From contig MCFE01000119.1 in NCBI GenBank assembly GCA_002104905.1, positions 62,001 to 126,000 on the forward strand: DNA of 64,000 nt, in the 5' to 3' direction. The position numbers and the translations under genes are program-made. Numbering within the stretch: the first letter of the stretch is position 1; every line of letters starts with the position of its first letter. The notes beneath the pieces are model-generated. The model was not told the origin of the DNA. It saw only the letters and a list, made by a program, of their open reading frames with translations, and ran no database searches. The DNA comes from Basidiobolus meristosporus CBS 931.73. Its lineage: Eukaryota; Fungi; Basidiobolomycota. This document shows positions 62,701 to 64,000 of the stretch, piece after piece.

Positions 62701-64000
62701 GAGCTCTTGAACGGTTGTCTGGCTTGTTTCCCATATATGCAGGCTTCACAGTGCTCCAAAATAGCTGGGGGATCAATTTTCACTCCAGAAATTAGCTGAT
62801 CTTTGATCATTTTACGCAAATAATCAAAATTGATGTGTCCAAATCTCCTGTGCCAAAGCATTGGTGTTTCTTCATTTAAGTTACTTATATTGGCTTCCAG
62901 ATATGATGGAATATAAGTCAACTTGTATAGGTTCTGATCTCTGATGCCCGAAGCAATATGGGCACCATTTTGATCAGTGATCCTGCATCCAGAATTGTCA
63001 AAACTGAAACTGAGTCCTTCTGCTGTGGCCTTGCTTACAGAGAGTAGGTTCTTGGCTATTTCTGGTACATAGAGTACTTCTTTAAAGGTCAGTGTATGGC
63101 TTCCTTCACTGCTTCTAAGGTTTACTTGGATAGTTCCTTCTCCCACTGCATCAAGTGTTCTATCGTCACCCATGAAAACCTTCTTGATTGGAATTTCTTG
63201 ATATTGGGTAAAAAGTTCTTTTTGGTGTGTAAAGTGCTGAGAAGCTCCAGAGTCAATATACCACGTCTGAGAATCCTTGTTTGTGGTCATATTTAGTGCA
63301 GATATGAATAGTCTATCTTCAGTTGTTACAGCATTTCCATATTCAGGCTTCTTTTGCTGATAATCTCTCTTTTTGAAACACCGGTCTGATGTGTGTCCTT
63401 TCCTTTTGCAGTAGTTGCAAAATAGGTTGCTGTTGCCTTTGTAGGGTCTTGGGTACCTCCTTTGTTGGTTATCATTGCTTATTAAAGCATTTTCTTCTTC
63501 CTTCTTATTGGTGCTTGATTTTCTTAATTCTTCATCCAGGAGCCTTCCATATACGTAATTTAAGGTCAAATCTTCAGTTCTGGACTCTAGGGCTGATACA
63601 AGGCTCTGAAACTCGTCTGTCAGGCTATTCAGGATGGTAACTATCACATCCTCATCAGTAGTTGGTACGCCCACAGATTCCATCTCATCTACCAGCAGGG
63701 TAATTCTGTTAATTAGATTTTTCATTTCTTCTCCTGGCAGCATCTTTGTAGTAAAGAATTTTCTTCTCAGATACATTTTCTTGGCAGCTGAACATGACTG
63801 GTAGGTGTCTTCTAATGCTTTCCAGGCATTCTTTGCCGTTTTTGCTCTTGAGCATTGAATTAGCAATTTGTCCTTGACATTAAGGCAAATGCAGTTAAAG
63901 GCACTTTGTTCTTTCTTCTGGTACTTTAAGGCTTCCTCTCCCACGTTTTTAGGAGGGCATTCTTCTCCCATGACAATATCCCAAAGGCCTCTTTCTTGCA
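59789..64000 (-). mobile_element. Copia family 1 copy D, young, ORF intact within the window (5' end outside)
   Basis: Single open gag-pol frame, PPT at 60139-60153 and a 350-bp 3' LTR at 59789-60138. Confidence 0.97.
60150..63971 (-). CDS. Copia Gag-Pol polyprotein (Gag, CCHC knuckle, PR, IN, RT, RNase H); N-terminus beyond window
   Basis: 1273 aa with no stops: CNYCKRKGHTSDRC, YIDSGAS, HHCC, HSDLCGP/SDNGGEY/VAERANR, LYVDDL, YSDADW/TTEAEY/QDNQG. Confidence 0.97.
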   Translation of the reverse strand: MGEECPPKNVGEEALKYQKKEQSAFNCICLNVKDKLLIQCSRAKTAKNAWKALEDTYQSCSAAKKMYLRRKFFTTKMLPGEEMKNLINRITLLVDEMESVGVPTTDEDVIVTILNSLTDEFQSLVSALESRTEDLTLNYVYGRLLDEELRKSSTNKKEEENALISNDNQQRRYPRPYKGNSNLFCNYCKRKGHTSDRCFKKRDYQQKKPEYGNAVTTEDRLFISALNMTTNKDSQTWYIDSGASQHFTHQKELFTQYQEIPIKKVFMGDDRTLDAVGEGTIQVNLRSSEGSHTLTFKEVLYVPEIAKNLLSVSKATAEGLSFSFDNSGCRITDQNGAHIASGIRDQNLYKLTYIPSYLEANISNLNEETPMLWHRRFGHINFDYLRKMIKDQLISGVKIDPPAILEHCEACIYGKQARQPFKSSGLIKTKKKLDLIHSDLCGPMQNLSLGGMKYLITFIDDYTRYTWVYFMERKEEALSKLREFKAMVERETGEKIKKIRSDNGGEYTSKLFIHFCKIHGIKQETTVPYSPQQNGVAERANRSIIDMARSMIHDQKLSYDFWAESVATAVYLKNRSYNRILRDSTPFEAWYGYRPSAEHLRIFGCTAYAKKLAGNQSKFDPKSVKCIFLGYCNESKAYRLYNTEAKKLIKSRDVLFDENSKFSQKMTSDDDENLISSPPIVRIESEQNNENFFTPEDSTTVVQPESVPRNIPEVIIPVSNARRSNRTRNSPNYYINEGTNLAYAYSVHVDEPQTVKEALNSPQTKFWRSAMTEEYQALMENQTWDLVKLPINRKSIGCRWVFKTKYKADGTIERYKARLVAKGYSQTKGLDYTETFAPVAKFNSIRLILAIAAKYKFFIHQMDVKTAFLNGELDEDVYMDQPDGFVDQDNPHLVCKLKKSLYGLKQSPRAWNCKIDSYLESLSFKRSNADYSIYYKPDRANPVLLALYVDDLIIAANNLETLEETKSSLSKEFKMSDLGELSYYLGIKFSIDRSTQTITLSQSKYIQDILKKYKMEDCKPAATPMETNLNLVKTQPNQECLVPSESPDFPYQSMVGSLMYIMLGTRPDISYSVGVVSQHNQNYGSDHIAAVKRIFRYLKGTADICLRYTYKDSEQDLVGYSDADWGRNLEDRRSTTGYTFLYCKGAISWNSRKQPTVALSTTEAEYMAACEATKEAMWLRKLFTDLGLCQKTPITLFQDNQGCIQLGRNPTFHARTKHIDIRHHFIREAIENNLVSLVYCPTDEMIADIFTKPLARDKFEYLRSKLGLVSMNI

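Noticed and set aside
635-63640. Many 60-120 aa ORFs overlapping pol genes on the opposite strand or in alternative frames
   Set aside because: They are shadow ORFs that recur only because the underlying element is repeated; nothing independent supports coding.

Overview
This is a eukaryotic window made almost entirely of nested transposable elements. I can support no host gene, rRNA, tRNA or CRISPR array. The host is probably a fungus with CpG-directed methylation or mutation, but the taxon cannot be determined from sequence. Contents: (1) Many Ty1/Copia copies from at least two families, including a young copy whose gag-pol frame is open to the window edge (59789-64000, minus strand) and repeated insertions of family 1 into itself. 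(2) Two Ty3/Gypsy lineages: a tRNA-Lys-primed lineage (a gag-protease-only element at 5830-9219 and a decayed full element at 43537-50647) and a Tf1/chromovirus-like lineage (14487-26251, 33290-35851). (3) A CMC/EnSpm (CACTA-superfamily) DNA transposon family with CCCTA termini, a 3-bp TSD and two divergent genes; the best copy is 18050-23833. (4) A PIF/Harbinger-like family with AGACTTGTTCC termini and ATA/TAT TSDs: a complete two-gene copy (50852-54269), a truncated copy and a 733-bp foldback MITE. The strongest lead is that complete copy. Its intact DDE transposase ORF has no CpG at all, while the adjacent partner ORF has about 45, suggesting locus-specific protection from methylation that the element itself might encode. 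Boundaries and counts were read by hand; coordinates without a TSD are approximate.
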